A program made the position numbers and the translations under genes. Positions 1-10,013 of a stretch of 56,959 nucleotides of DNA are shown here, piece by piece. Position 1 is the first letter of the stretch. The number at the start of each line of letters is the position of its first letter. Source of the stretch: a virus (Duplodnaviria > Caudoviricetes); IMG/VR virus record IMGVR_UViG_3300030098_005115, positions 1 to 56,959 of that record; one strand, 5' to 3'. Below the pieces are notes generated by a model that worked only from the letters and a program-made list of their open reading frames with translations, did not search any database and had not been told where the DNA came from.

Positions 1-278
1 TACTTCCATTGGTTTTCTCCTTTATTGTTTACACAAAATGTTTCTTCTGCTAAAATTCCTATTTTAAAATTGTCTAAATTTTCTGTTTCTTCAATATTGC
101 ATATATCTGGGGATAATTGATTTCTTTTTAAATGATCTTTTGCAATTTGCTCTGCTTTATCTTTTGATCTGGCATTAACAATCATTGTACTAAAATCAAC
201 ATAATATTGTTTAATGTCATCGTATAATTCGCTATCTGTTGGTCTAGCGTCTAGTTCCATATCATATCTACAAGGCAT
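1..278 (-). CDS. hypothetical early protein (phage A), runs to window edge
   Basis: Own translation from ATG 278: MPCRYDMELDARPTDSELYDD...; open to position 3; not in ORF track. Confidence 0.6.
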   Translation of the reverse strand, partial: MPCRYDMELDARPTDSELYDDIKQYYVDFSTMIVNARSKDKAEQIAKDHLKRNQLSPDICNIEETENLDNFKIGILAEETFCVNNKGENQWK

Positions 279-442
279 TATTGTTGTCCATTTTTTATAA
301 ATTTTAAAACACTACCATAATCATCATTTATATTTGGTTTACATTTATCTGTATTAGTATAGATTTTTTCTAACAGCCACATAACTTCTTCTATTGGTTT
401 ATCGCTGTAAAGAACAATCCATCTTGCTATTTCTTTTATCAT
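278..442 (-). CDS. small hypothetical protein (54 aa)
   Basis: MIKEIARWIVLYSDKPIEEV...; stop overlaps next start (TAATG coupling). Confidence 0.55.
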   Translation of the reverse strand: MIKEIARWIVLYSDKPIEEVMWLLEKIYTNTDKCKPNINDDYGSVLKFIKNGQQ

Positions 443-501
443 ATATTAACCTTTTATCCTTTTTTTAATGTTAAAATATTTTATTTATTGCTATAATAAA
501 G

Positions 502-569
502 AGTAAGGCAATCTATGTGGGTTTTTGGCGTGCGGAGTCCAAAAAACATAAATTAAAGATTGCCTTACT
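502..569. repeat. long hairpin (13-bp outer stem plus inner stem)
   Basis: AGTAAGGCAATCT 502-514 / AGATTGCCTTACT 557-569; inner TTTTTGG/CCAAAAA. Confidence 0.7.
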
Positions 570-903
570 TTAGTGTCAACTTAGTGGGGTAGGAAAAGGG
601 GGTAATTAATAATATTTTACCCCCTTTTAAAAACTTCCTACAATCATAAAGCACCAATATTAATTCTGACTCATTCCAAATACCATTTTTAAGGTTGTGT
701 ATCTTTTCTTTGTGGCAGTATTCACAATCAATCCAAGCCATTACAGATTTTTTAACTATACAAATTTCAGTTATTACACTTTTATATTTAGGATAATGCT
801 TTATTAGAAGTCTGTGCATTTCATAAGTAAATGTTGAGACTTCACAATCTTTTGACCATTCGCTGTGTTTTTCCCAATCAAAGGGCTGCAAGCAGTTTAA
901 CAT
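565..903 (-). CDS. hypothetical protein (112 aa, CxxC motif)
   Basis: ORF track; AGGAG RBS upstream on - strand. Confidence 0.6.
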   Translation of the reverse strand: MLNCLQPFDWEKHSEWSKDCEVSTFTYEMHRLLIKHYPKYKSVITEICIVKKSVMAWIDCEYCHKEKIHNLKNGIWNESELILVLYDCRKFLKGGKILLITPFSYPTKLTLK

Positions 904-1015
904 ATTTATATCTCCTGTATTTATTTATTATGTGTTTATTCGTTGAAATTTTATAGCCAGAAGGCTCTTTCTAAGTAAAGATGAAGTACACCTCAACTAT
1001 AATTAAAAAGAGCCT

Positions 1016-1219
1016 TTAATTTCCGTATTTAAGTAACATATGTGCAGTTTTAAGTAGAATTCCTAATTCACTATCATTTTTATCAGGTATTTTTGATTTT
1101 ATTAATTTTTGAATTGCAACTAATGCTAGACGCCCTATACTATCGTTTGGTGCTTTTCGAATTTGTCCAACAACTTTTAATTCATCATAGTATGGTTCTG
1201 TTTTTAGATATAAGTCCAT
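1016..1219 (-). CDS. hypothetical protein (67 aa)
   Basis: ORF track; AAGGAG RBS upstream. Confidence 0.65.
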   Translation of the reverse strand: MDLYLKTEPYYDELKVVGQIRKAPNDSIGRLALVAIQKLIKSKIPDKNDSELGILLKTAHMLLKYGN

Positions 1220-1580
1220 TGGTAACTCCTTTTTAGTGATTAGGGGAACTAATTAACATTATAATAATTAATTCCCCGATCAATTTAGACATTAAAATCG
1301 TTAATCAAGCGATATCCTAACCATAGGTATAAAATAATCATAAAGATTATACGTTCCAGTGGTAAGGACATTATGTGTTCAAGCATTTTTCTCTAACTCT
1401 GTGTATTGCCTGAAATAGATTAACATACTTTGATCTTTTTACTTCTACCACTGTACCGTTGGTTAAGATGAAATGCCAAAAGTTTGTATTTTTTAATATA
1501 TTTCGAATCATGGATTTTTCCTTATTTCTATTTTTTTCTATGCACCTTTTTTTAAAGTGCGGTTTTATTTTGCATGGATT

Positions 1581-1610
1581 AAAAAAGGGGATAGTCGTTA
1601 AACTACCCCC
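1581..1610 (-). terminator. probable intrinsic terminator after 1630-1986
   Basis: GGGG(A)TAGT/ACTACCCC stem followed by a T-run on the - strand. Confidence 0.6.
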
Positions 1611-1629
1611 AGGAAGAGACGATTAGCCT

Positions 1630-1986
1630 CTATCGATTGAGTTTGGCAAGAGCGCTTGCAAACCCCGCTAATGTGGTACGCCTAGATGGTTCCTTGGTGA
1701 AACTAACTCTAAAGGATGTAACCACAGCACCGGTACGTCTATTCACTCTTTCAACCGAACCAGATGTTACGTTACCTTTCCAATCAATCTGCTCTTTCAA
1801 GGAAGTCATTTGTTCCACGATTGCAGGCGTACTGGATTCATCTTCAAACCAAGCTGTGACAGAAGCCGATTTATCCAATATATCCAGTTGTTCCTCTGGA
1901 GTATGATCTTCAAAAGGTTTCTGGAGCTTTAGTGGTTGAAAAGCATTCCGTAAAAACTCTGAGAATGTTAGTTGTATGATATTCAT
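1630..1986 (-). CDS. hypothetical protein, first leftward gene of phage A
   Basis: ORF track 118 aa; AAAGGA RBS; terminator downstream. Confidence 0.7.
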   Translation of the reverse strand: MNIIQLTFSEFLRNAFQPLKLQKPFEDHTPEEQLDILDKSASVTAWFEDESSTPAIVEQMTSLKEQIDWKGNVTSGSVERVNRRTGAVVTSFRVSFTKEPSRRTTLAGFASALAKLNR

Positions 1987-2047
1987 TGTTTTATCCTTTG
2001 TTATTTGTTATTGATTAACTATCCGTTGCTCAACAAGGGCTGAGCCT

Positions 2048-2160
2048 ACTGAGATATCCACACCGGTTTTTTCAACGAAATCTGGGTGGATAGCCAGTAA
2101 GGCGAAGGGGGTCGGGGTACTGTATATCTCCCCCGCACATTACACGTCTATTTTTTAAAA
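2048..2160. promoter_or_regulatory. cis-element at the divergence point (candidate packaging/terminus site), copy A
   Basis: TTTTTTCAAC-GAAAT, G-run, CGCACAT-N10-TTTTTTAAAA; same motif series at 40236-40316. Confidence 0.5.
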
Positions 2161-2204
2161 ATGCCCTGTAGAGAGCCAGAGGGGTAAAAAGTTATCTTAT
2201 AACC

Positions 2205-2405
2205 ATGTATTTTAAGGATTTACCTCCCATTGAACGATTTAACCCGAAAACGGGAAAATTTGAACAAGTTTCCAGTATTGTCCATGATGAGGCTATGCGG
2301 ATTTGTGCTATCTTTAAAGCAGAAGAGGAGATTTACGATAGAATCGAAGAAACAGAAAATTGGAAAAAAAACATCCGTGGGGTGATGCACATTGAATACA
2401 ATTAA
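2205..2405 (+). CDS. hypothetical protein (66 aa)
   Basis: ORF track; first rightward ORF of module A. Confidence 0.55.
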   Translation: MYFKDLPPIERFNPKTGKFEQVSSIVHDEAMRICAIFKAEEEIYDRIEETENWKKNIRGVMHIEYN

Positions 2406-2419
2406 AAATGCACGGATTA

Positions 2420-2540
2420 TTATACTGTATATCTATACTGTATACTATATATACAGTAAAATATAATAAACAGTATATGAATACAAGTTATTTTATTAAG
2501 TATACAGTATATAGGTAAACAGTATAGGTAGTCTGTATAT
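2420..2540. repeat. TATAC/CAGTATA low-complexity tract upstream of terS-A
   Basis: Repeated TATACTG/CAGTATA in both orientations. Confidence 0.7.
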
Positions 2541-3354
2541 GGATTTTATTACTCGAAAATTTAAAAAAAATAATTTCAAAAAAGTCACTTACCCGATTTA
2601 CACTCAAGAAGAAGCTAACACCAAAGAAATCGAATACAAAGCTTGGAGAGAATGTCAGGTAGGTGACTTTGGTCTTTCCGATGATGGGTACGTTGCTGAA
2701 TGTATTTACCGGAAAGAGTACAAAGACCAAGAACAATTAACCTTTCCGTTTGGAAGACAATGGGTAAAAGGAAAAACATTATTAAAATACCTTCCGCATA
2801 AAGAAAGCGGTGAATACACTCAAGTAGGTACAAAGACATGGGTAGAAAGAGAAGCGGGAACTACTCGTACAAAAAATGCCGTAAAAGCGTATGCAGATAT
2901 GATGTTAGGTGGTCATCGAATTGATTGGGGTCTTATTGGAAAAATCTATCGAAGCGATCAGGAACGACCAGATTTAACTGCCAAACGGTTATTTAAACAG
3001 GAAAGGATACAAAAAATGCTAGATGATGAAATACAAAAAGCATTAGATACGAGAGGTATTTCACAAGGGGATGTATTGGATATGATTCTAGGAGGGATTG
3101 AAATAGCAAAAGAAAACAAAGATGCTTCTAATATGCTTCGAGGAGCAGAGCAATTTGTTAGAATCCTAGATATGTTGCCTAAAAAATCAACACAAACCGA
3201 TACAGTGCAATTGGATATGACAAGTACAATATTGGATAAGATTGCCAAGGAAGAAAAAAAGAGTCTGAAAATGTCTCAGAAAAAGGAGTTAATACTTGGA
3301 AACGGAAACAATAAAGAAAGCAATCATCAAAAAAGTAGTAGTCATTCAGTCTGA
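2539..3354 (+). CDS. putative terminase small subunit (module A)
   Basis: Just upstream of terL; C-terminal helical terS-like segment; WR..SDDG motif shared with 40869-41645. Confidence 0.55.
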   Translation: MDFITRKFKKNNFKKVTYPIYTQEEANTKEIEYKAWRECQVGDFGLSDDGYVAECIYRKEYKDQEQLTFPFGRQWVKGKTLLKYLPHKESGEYTQVGTKTWVEREAGTTRTKNAVKAYADMMLGGHRIDWGLIGKIYRSDQERPDLTAKRLFKQERIQKMLDDEIQKALDTRGISQGDVLDMILGGIEIAKENKDASNMLRGAEQFVRILDMLPKKSTQTDTVQLDMTSTILDKIAKEEKKSLKMSQKKELILGNGNNKESNHQKSSSHSV

Positions 3355-3472
3355 TACGGATAATAAAGAAACGCTAAATACGTTTCTGAAAGTATTAAAA
3401 GACGTAGCGGAAGACATGGGTTTAACTGTAACCGATGGAGATATGGAATATTTACTGGGATCGGATTATTGA
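3296..3472 (+). CDS. small hypothetical protein (58 aa)
   Basis: AGGAG plus TTG 3296, METETIKKAIIKK...; TGA overlaps terL start. Confidence 0.55.
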   Translation: METETIKKAIIKKVVVIQSDTDNKETLNTFLKVLKDVAEDMGLTVTDGDMEYLLGSDY

Positions 3473-4962
3473 AAACAGAACAAATACGGATTATTCAAAA
3501 ACTCAGGCACGATATGATGATGTTTGGAAAAGTCTGTATGCCCAATATGTTTTCTGCCGAATCTCCCGATTTTCACTATGATATTGCCAAATACCTTTCC
3601 AATCCCAATGTAAAACAATTAAATATTGTTGCTCCCAGAGGTCATGCAAAGTCTTCGATTGTAGGAGGAATCTTCCCGTTACATCACTTGATGTTTGGTG
3701 AAGGTCAAAAGTTAATTGTTCTTGTATCCAGAACTCAGGATCATGCGGTAAAGCTACTGGGTCTGTTAAAAGATACCATGGATTTTTCAGAAACATTTCG
3801 ATCTTTGTTTGGGTATTGGGGAAACCATAGTGCTAAAAGCTGGTCTAAGTCTGAAATTGAATTAAAAGATGGGTCTATGGTTATCTGCAAAGGTACGGGT
3901 CAGCAGTTACGGGGTATAAAAGTAGGAAATCAGCGACCTACATTGATTATTGTAGATGATCCAGAAGACGAAAATAACACCAAAACTGCGGAAGCCATGG
4001 AAAATAACCTTCGTTGGCTTTTGCAAAGTGCGGTTCCTTCTTTAGATCCCATGAAAGGGAGAATTGTAATCATTGGTACTCCTCAACACCAACGGTGTTT
4101 GGTAGAAACACTAAAAGAAATGCACGGATGGAAAAATCTAACCTTTAAACCAGACTTTGTAAATAATGTTTCTTTATGGGAAGACTGGTGGAGTATTGAA
4201 AAATTATTACAAAAAAAGAAAGAACTGGAGTCTATTAATCGATTATCGGTGTTTTACCGTGAATATGCCTGTGAAATTGTAGGCGATGAAGACCAGCTCT
4301 TTAAAATGGAAAACATTAAACACTATGAAGGGAAGTTTTTTCGGAAAAAAGGAAAAAGTTTTTTACATATCACCAGTTTAAATGGGGAAAAATGCGATAA
4401 AATTGTTCCTATTAATGTATTTACGGGTGTTGATCCAGCTTCAAGCGTAAAACGAGGTGCTGATTATTCTGTTATTTTTAATTTAGCAGTAGATGACAAC
4501 GAAAACAGGTATGCTTTGCCCTATTATCGTAAACACGCTACTCCACTAGAGTTAGCTGAGGCTATTGTCAGTAATTTTAGAAGATTTCGATCCGAAAAAA
4601 CACGAATTGAGTCTGTTGGTTATCAGGAAATGCTTCGAGAATACGTATTAAAACGATCCAGAGACGAAAATCTATTCATTCCTGGATTAAATATTAAAGA
4701 AAACCCTAGAAATTCCAAAAGCAACCGTCTGGAGTCTTTACAACCTATATTTGCAAACAATCAGATGCACATTTTAGAAAAACAACAAGATCTGGTGAAT
4801 GAATTGCTTTTATTTCCAAGAGGAAAGCACGATGACTTATTAGATGGGTTATATTATAGCAACAAAGGATCCTACGCCCCACATCATAGCTCTGACGATG
4901 CAGATGCCCCTTTATTGACAAAAGTAAGAAGACTTGTTACTGCAGACTGGCAAATTGCATAA
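3469..4962 (+). CDS. terL: terminase large subunit (module A)
   Basis: Walker A APRGHAKS, Walker B LIIVDD, coupling motif IGTP, nuclease motifs GVDPA and HDDLLD. Confidence 0.95.
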   Translation: MKTEQIRIIQKLRHDMMMFGKVCMPNMFSAESPDFHYDIAKYLSNPNVKQLNIVAPRGHAKSSIVGGIFPLHHLMFGEGQKLIVLVSRTQDHAVKLLGLLKDTMDFSETFRSLFGYWGNHSAKSWSKSEIELKDGSMVICKGTGQQLRGIKVGNQRPTLIIVDDPEDENNTKTAEAMENNLRWLLQSAVPSLDPMKGRIVIIGTPQHQRCLVETLKEMHGWKNLTFKPDFVNNVSLWEDWWSIEKLLQKKKELESINRLSVFYREYACEIVGDEDQLFKMENIKHYEGKFFRKKGKSFLHITSLNGEKCDKIVPINVFTGVDPASSVKRGADYSVIFNLAVDDNENRYALPYYRKHATPLELAEAIVSNFRRFRSEKTRIESVGYQEMLREYVLKRSRDENLFIPGLNIKENPRNSKSNRLESLQPIFANNQMHILEKQQDLVNELLLFPRGKHDDLLDGLYYSNKGSYAPHHSSDDADAPLLTKVRRLVTADWQIA

Positions 4963-5026
4963 AACTCCCTGTTGAGAAGAGCGAATGTAATTTTATAATA
5001 TCACTACCGTAATTCAGACGGTACCT

Positions 5027-7195
5027 ATGGCACACAACAAGCATCCTGAAGTCGCTAAATCAGAACGCTTATTAGACAACTATCATGAAAACCGATCCAC
5101 GTGGGCAATGCAAGCCATGGAGGATGACGAGTTTCGCAATAATCAGCAATGGAAACGAGAGCATAAAGACGTACTTGCTGCTCGATCTCAAGTGCCTATT
5201 GTTGATAATATCATTTATCCCGCAGTTGAACAGGCAAAAGCCTTACTGACTGCAAACAAACCAAAATTTCAATCTACTGGCAGAGATGATTCTGACGGAA
5301 AAGTCGGTAGACTGTTTTCAGATATTATGGCATATATATGGGATGTATCTAGTGGGAATGTAGAGCTAAAACAAGTAGTAGACGACTACTACGTAAAAGG
5401 TATGGGGGTCATGCAAACCTATGTTGATGGTATGGCTGATTTTGGTAAAGGTGAAGTGAAGATAAAAAGCATCGACCCCCTAGACCTTTATTTAGATCCA
5501 AATGCCAAAGATCCTTTTGCTCGAGATTCAGCGTGTATGATTATTTCTAAACGAATTACCGATGAGCAAATAAAAACTATTTATCCTTTTTTAACCGATC
5601 AGTTAGAGAATATGATGACTTCTTCATCAAACAATCGGTATCCTTCTACAAATCGAGACGGTTCAGAAGATCAACAGATTGGCCCAACAGAAGATGAAGA
5701 TGGATATTATCGTAATTATGAAATTATTGATCGATATGAAAAAATAAAACTTCCTTACTACCATTTGCTGGATTCCCTTACGGGAGAGGAAAACATTATG
5801 AACGAAGATGGATTTAATGAGTTTCTGTCAGAACCAGCGATATTTATGGATACAGCAAATGGAACACAAGCTGTTACTGAAGATAAAGCAGTAATGGAAC
5901 TTCTTCAAATATATGAAACGACTGGTGGAGTATATCATATGATGCCAGATCCCGTAACTGGGCAACCTAAAATAATGCCCGGAGAAGAACACGAAGGAGC
6001 TATTCCAAATAGCACAACTACGTTACGACCTGTGACCAATCAAGAAATGATTGAAATGGGAGTTGTTATTTTAAATGAAGTAATGGTAGACCGAATTCAG
6101 CGTATTTTGTCTGTTGGTGGTATTTTGGTAGATAATTCAATTATGGACATAGATAACTATCCTATTGTTCCATTAATGAACAGACACAATAGAAATCCCT
6201 ATCCCATGAGCGATGTTCGATTTGTAAAGCCAATTCAGGAATATATCAACAAACTGACTTCTTTAATTATTGCTCACGCTTCAAGTTCTACAAATACAAA
6301 GTTATTAATTCCCAGAGGATCGATGGATCGAAAGCAATTAGAAGAAGAATGGAGTAGAGCTGGAACAGGGGTTATTGAATACGATCCAGAACTGGGGCAA
6401 CCTATTGTAGCGGGCCCAATACCGTTGCCTAATGAGTTATACAAAAACAAAGAAGATGCCAAAATGAGTATTTATCACATTCTTGGTATTCATCCTTTGT
6501 CTCAGGGGGATCCTGGGTCTGCTCCACAAACCTACAAGGGAACAGTTGCTATTGATGAATATGCTCAACGAAGAATTAAATCAAAATTAGATGATATTGA
6601 TGGGATGTTAAATCAAATTGGCAAAATAGTAATTCAATTAATTCAACAGACCTATACGGATCAAAAATTAATTCAATTAATGAAACCAGACGGAAGAACA
6701 AGTGAAGCGTTACTAAACAAACCCGTATATGATGATTTTACGGGAGAATTAGCAGGAAGAATAAATGACGTTACTATCGGGAAATACGATCTCATTGTTG
6801 TTAGCGGTTCTACACTTCCATCAAACCGTTGGGCAAGATTTGATTACTATATGCAATTATATCAAGCTGGTATTATTGATCAAGTGGAAGTACTTCAGCA
6901 AACAGAAGTAGCTGATACTGAAGGAGTATTGGAAAGAACTTCTCTCCTTCAGCAACAACAACAAATGATACAGCAATTACAAGAAGAATTAAAACGAACT
7001 AGAGGTGATTTACAAACCTCAGAACGTGAAAGCGTACACGATAAAAAACGTGTAGAAATAGAAAAATTTAAACGTCAGTTAGGTCGAGCAAGTGATAAAA
7101 CTGCAAAAGCAGTTGAATTATATGAAGCTCGTCTAAATGATCAACTAAAAATGGAACGGAATGACGAAGCAGAAACTCCGGTTGCTGTCAGCTAG
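5027..7195 (+). CDS. portal protein, P22-like (module A)
   Basis: 722 aa after terL; C-terminal coiled coil; clear homolog of 46932-48962 (GDLQT..RES..D.KRVE.EKFK). Confidence 0.88.
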   Translation: MAHNKHPEVAKSERLLDNYHENRSTWAMQAMEDDEFRNNQQWKREHKDVLAARSQVPIVDNIIYPAVEQAKALLTANKPKFQSTGRDDSDGKVGRLFSDIMAYIWDVSSGNVELKQVVDDYYVKGMGVMQTYVDGMADFGKGEVKIKSIDPLDLYLDPNAKDPFARDSACMIISKRITDEQIKTIYPFLTDQLENMMTSSSNNRYPSTNRDGSEDQQIGPTEDEDGYYRNYEIIDRYEKIKLPYYHLLDSLTGEENIMNEDGFNEFLSEPAIFMDTANGTQAVTEDKAVMELLQIYETTGGVYHMMPDPVTGQPKIMPGEEHEGAIPNSTTTLRPVTNQEMIEMGVVILNEVMVDRIQRILSVGGILVDNSIMDIDNYPIVPLMNRHNRNPYPMSDVRFVKPIQEYINKLTSLIIAHASSSTNTKLLIPRGSMDRKQLEEEWSRAGTGVIEYDPELGQPIVAGPIPLPNELYKNKEDAKMSIYHILGIHPLSQGDPGSAPQTYKGTVAIDEYAQRRIKSKLDDIDGMLNQIGKIVIQLIQQTYTDQKLIQLMKPDGRTSEALLNKPVYDDFTGELAGRINDVTIGKYDLIVVSGSTLPSNRWARFDYYMQLYQAGIIDQVEVLQQTEVADTEGVLERTSLLQQQQQMIQQLQEELKRTRGDLQTSERESVHDKKRVEIEKFKRQLGRASDKTAKAVELYEARLNDQLKMERNDEAETPVAVS

Positions 7196-7217
7196 ACAAA
7201 TCGGATAGGAGAATAAG

Positions 7218-8135
7218 ATGGAACAACAAGTACAGGATGTCGTTGCTGAGGAAACTACAAACGACACAATAGTTGAAGAGAACGCAACTGACGTTCTAGA
7301 ACCGTTTAGTCCAGATTTCAATCCTGAAACGGGACAATTTACGGGAAACGAAAAGGTTGCATCTGAGCAACCTGTAGCTGATCAAGAGGTTCAGCCTCAA
7401 GAAAACCGCTACGAATATTGGCAAAGTAAATACGATCAGAAGGCGAGTGAGTACAACCAAATGGAACAACGGATTAAAGAACTGGAAAATGTGGAGCCAA
7501 TTGCAAAACATATCCAGGAAAATCCTTGGGTTTTAGATAACGTTGCATCATCACTCTCTGGTAACACCCCTAAGGTTGCCGGTCAATCCGAATCTCAGGG
7601 CTTACCAAAGAAACCCGAAAGACCTAATAAGCCAAGTAATTATGATCCATCAGAAGCGTACATGGATCCTGAATCTGCGAGTTTTAAATATCGTGATTCT
7701 TTAGACAACTACCGTGAAGAATTGGTTAGCTACCAAGAAAACATGGAAAATTATCGTCAAAAAGAAGCCGATAGGCAGTATCAACTGCAACAACAAAGAC
7801 AGAATGAGGAAATGGCTAAACAACAACAATTAGCGATGGCAAATAATTTAGTAAATAGTTACGGCTACACTCCGGAAAAAGCTAGTGATTTTATTAAATA
7901 TTATTCATCGCCAGATAGCGTTTCGCTAGAAAACCTTGTTGCTTTAGACAGACTAAGAAATGCTCCAAGTACAGCAGAAGTGGATACGAGGCAAAAAGCT
8001 GAGATGATGAAGAATCGTCAGAATAGAGTAAATATTCCCCCTCCTCCAAGTGTAGGCGGTGGTGAGAATCAACCACAATACTCTGATGAAGATTTATTTA
8101 ACCTTGGTTTAATGCAAAAAAAACGAAATGCTTAA
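7218..8135 (+). CDS. capsid scaffolding protein (module A)
   Basis: Acidic, Q-rich coiled coil between portal and capsid; QS(K/M)YD motif shared with 48983-49789. Confidence 0.75.
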   Translation: MEQQVQDVVAEETTNDTIVEENATDVLEPFSPDFNPETGQFTGNEKVASEQPVADQEVQPQENRYEYWQSKYDQKASEYNQMEQRIKELENVEPIAKHIQENPWVLDNVASSLSGNTPKVAGQSESQGLPKKPERPNKPSNYDPSEAYMDPESASFKYRDSLDNYREELVSYQENMENYRQKEADRQYQLQQQRQNEEMAKQQQLAMANNLVNSYGYTPEKASDFIKYYSSPDSVSLENLVALDRLRNAPSTAEVDTRQKAEMMKNRQNRVNIPPPPSVGGGENQPQYSDEDLFNLGLMQKKRNA

Positions 8136-8201
8136 TTAAATAATTTAGAGCAACTCAATACAATAGAATTTGAGTTCCTCTGAATTTAGGAGGGTAAATA
8201 A

Positions 8202-9518
8202 ATGGCGAGTAATGCCAAGAGCCTAGCGTCAAGTGGGGTTCTATATAACGACAGACGAGATTTTTACATCCGTCCAAATGTAGTTAAAGAGCTATGGACC
8301 GATGTTGCACCTTTTACAACTGTTATTGCCAATCAAAATACTATGACTGGAATGGCTGATCCACAGTTTAAAATGTTTGAACATCGTAACCCATGGGCTA
8401 AACAATACTTTCAAGTAGGAACAGCTGTTACAAGTAACCCAGACAATGATCCAGATACTTTTGTTGTTAAATCTGGTTCGGTTGTAGGAATGGAAGGTGA
8501 AGGTGGTGATTACGCTTACAATAGTTGGATTGGGCTTCAATGTGAAGTCTGGGACGCTTTAACTCCCGGATCGAATAAAAAAGGCGTAGTTTTAATTACT
8601 GCAGTAGCAGGAAGTGGTACTAGTGCCAATTTTTCTGTAAAAAACATGAATGACACAGGAAATATTGTTTCGGCTGATGGTGATTATTTAGTTGTAATTG
8701 GTAACGCCTTTGGTGAAGGTACGGTAGCCGGAACTGCATGGGCTGATGAACTTGCAGTAGTCTATAATCAATGTCAGATATTTAAAACACCATTACAAAT
8801 TACAGGCACAGTTTTACAAGCTGCCTTGCGTGGTGAATCATCTGAATTGTCTAGGCTTCGTGACCAGAAATCACAAGAACATAAGATTCAAAAGGAAAGA
8901 GCTTTCTTATTTGGACGTTCACCGATCAATATAAGTGCCGGGTTTGATGACAATTCATTATCTGATGCAAATAGCAATGCGGTTCGCTCAACAATGGGTA
9001 TTATCCCTGCAATTGAGAAACACGGTACCACATCTGGTGATGACCAGAATCGTTTCGCTATAACAGAAGCTAGTTATTCATATAGCAATTTTGTGGACGA
9101 TATGGAAAAAGTATTCCAGTACGTTCCTGAAGCGGGTATAAAGCGTGCTTTTTGCGGAATGGGTGCTATGAGTTACTGGTCTAAAATGGCGGGTAGTTCA
9201 GGATTAGCTGGAAACTCTGGTTGGACAGTTAACTTGGATGATATGAAACGTGATACACTGGGATTTAACTATAGGACTTTAGAAACACCTCATGGTGCAT
9301 TACAGTTAATTCCAACACCAGTACTACGTCAAGCGTATAATAAAACTATGCTTGTTGTATCTGACGATAACTTGTTCCATGCTCAGTATAGAGCGCCAAA
9401 GTTTCAAGCAAACATCTTAACGGATGATGCTTACGATGGTGTAAAGGATCAATACTTTTCAGATGAAGGTATCGGTGTCACGCTAATTGAAAGTCATAAA
9501 CTATTCCAAATATCATAA
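8202..9518 (+). CDS. major capsid protein (module A)
   Basis: 438 aa; QIFKT and HK..ERA.LFG motifs as in SU10-like capsid proteins; homolog of 49821-51197. Confidence 0.88.
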   Translation: MASNAKSLASSGVLYNDRRDFYIRPNVVKELWTDVAPFTTVIANQNTMTGMADPQFKMFEHRNPWAKQYFQVGTAVTSNPDNDPDTFVVKSGSVVGMEGEGGDYAYNSWIGLQCEVWDALTPGSNKKGVVLITAVAGSGTSANFSVKNMNDTGNIVSADGDYLVVIGNAFGEGTVAGTAWADELAVVYNQCQIFKTPLQITGTVLQAALRGESSELSRLRDQKSQEHKIQKERAFLFGRSPINISAGFDDNSLSDANSNAVRSTMGIIPAIEKHGTTSGDDQNRFAITEASYSYSNFVDDMEKVFQYVPEAGIKRAFCGMGAMSYWSKMAGSSGLAGNSGWTVNLDDMKRDTLGFNYRTLETPHGALQLIPTPVLRQAYNKTMLVVSDDNLFHAQYRAPKFQANILTDDAYDGVKDQYFSDEGIGVTLIESHKLFQIS

Positions 9519-9530
9519 GGGAGGTTTATT

Positions 9531-9959
9531 ATGGCTAGACCTTATTTAGGTGGTTCAAACGCTGCGATTAAAGAAGTAACTGCGGCTACTACATTGACTC
9601 CTGCCGATCACGGGAAAACAATTCTCATGAACGCAGGTGCAGACAATGTAGTTATCACATTACCAGCATTAGCTAAAGGACTAGAGTATACTTTTGTCCA
9701 AACTCAAGCTTCTGCTGGTTCAACTTGTAGAATAACTCCCGTTGGTGGAAAAATTATTGGGTATGTTAGTCAACAAGAAGGTGGTAATGCAGATGCTACT
9801 ACAGCAGATGGATTGGTTTCTGTTTTGGATGGCGCAGATAACAAATATGTTCAATTAACAAAAGCAACTGGGCATCAAGGCGATTTTATAAAAATTGTTT
9901 GTGATGGATCAGATTGGTTTGTTATTGGGGGTATAGGTACTTACGCTCACGAATCATAA
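9531..9959 (+). CDS. putative capsid decoration protein
   Basis: Follows capsid gene; beta-rich; ITLP and KIVCDG..W motifs shared with 51209-51676. Confidence 0.6.
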   Translation: MARPYLGGSNAAIKEVTAATTLTPADHGKTILMNAGADNVVITLPALAKGLEYTFVQTQASAGSTCRITPVGGKIIGYVSQQEGGNADATTADGLVSVLDGADNKYVQLTKATGHQGDFIKIVCDGSDWFVIGGIGTYAHES

Positions 9960-9977
9960 ACATAAACAAAACGTGTT

Positions 9978-9998
9978 GGGGGAGTGTAATGCTCCCCT
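9978..9998 (+). terminator. stem-loop after capsid genes
   Basis: GGGGAG-TGTAATG-CTCCCC; no strong T-tail. Confidence 0.45.
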
Positions 9999-10013
9999 GA
10001 CATTAAAAATACT

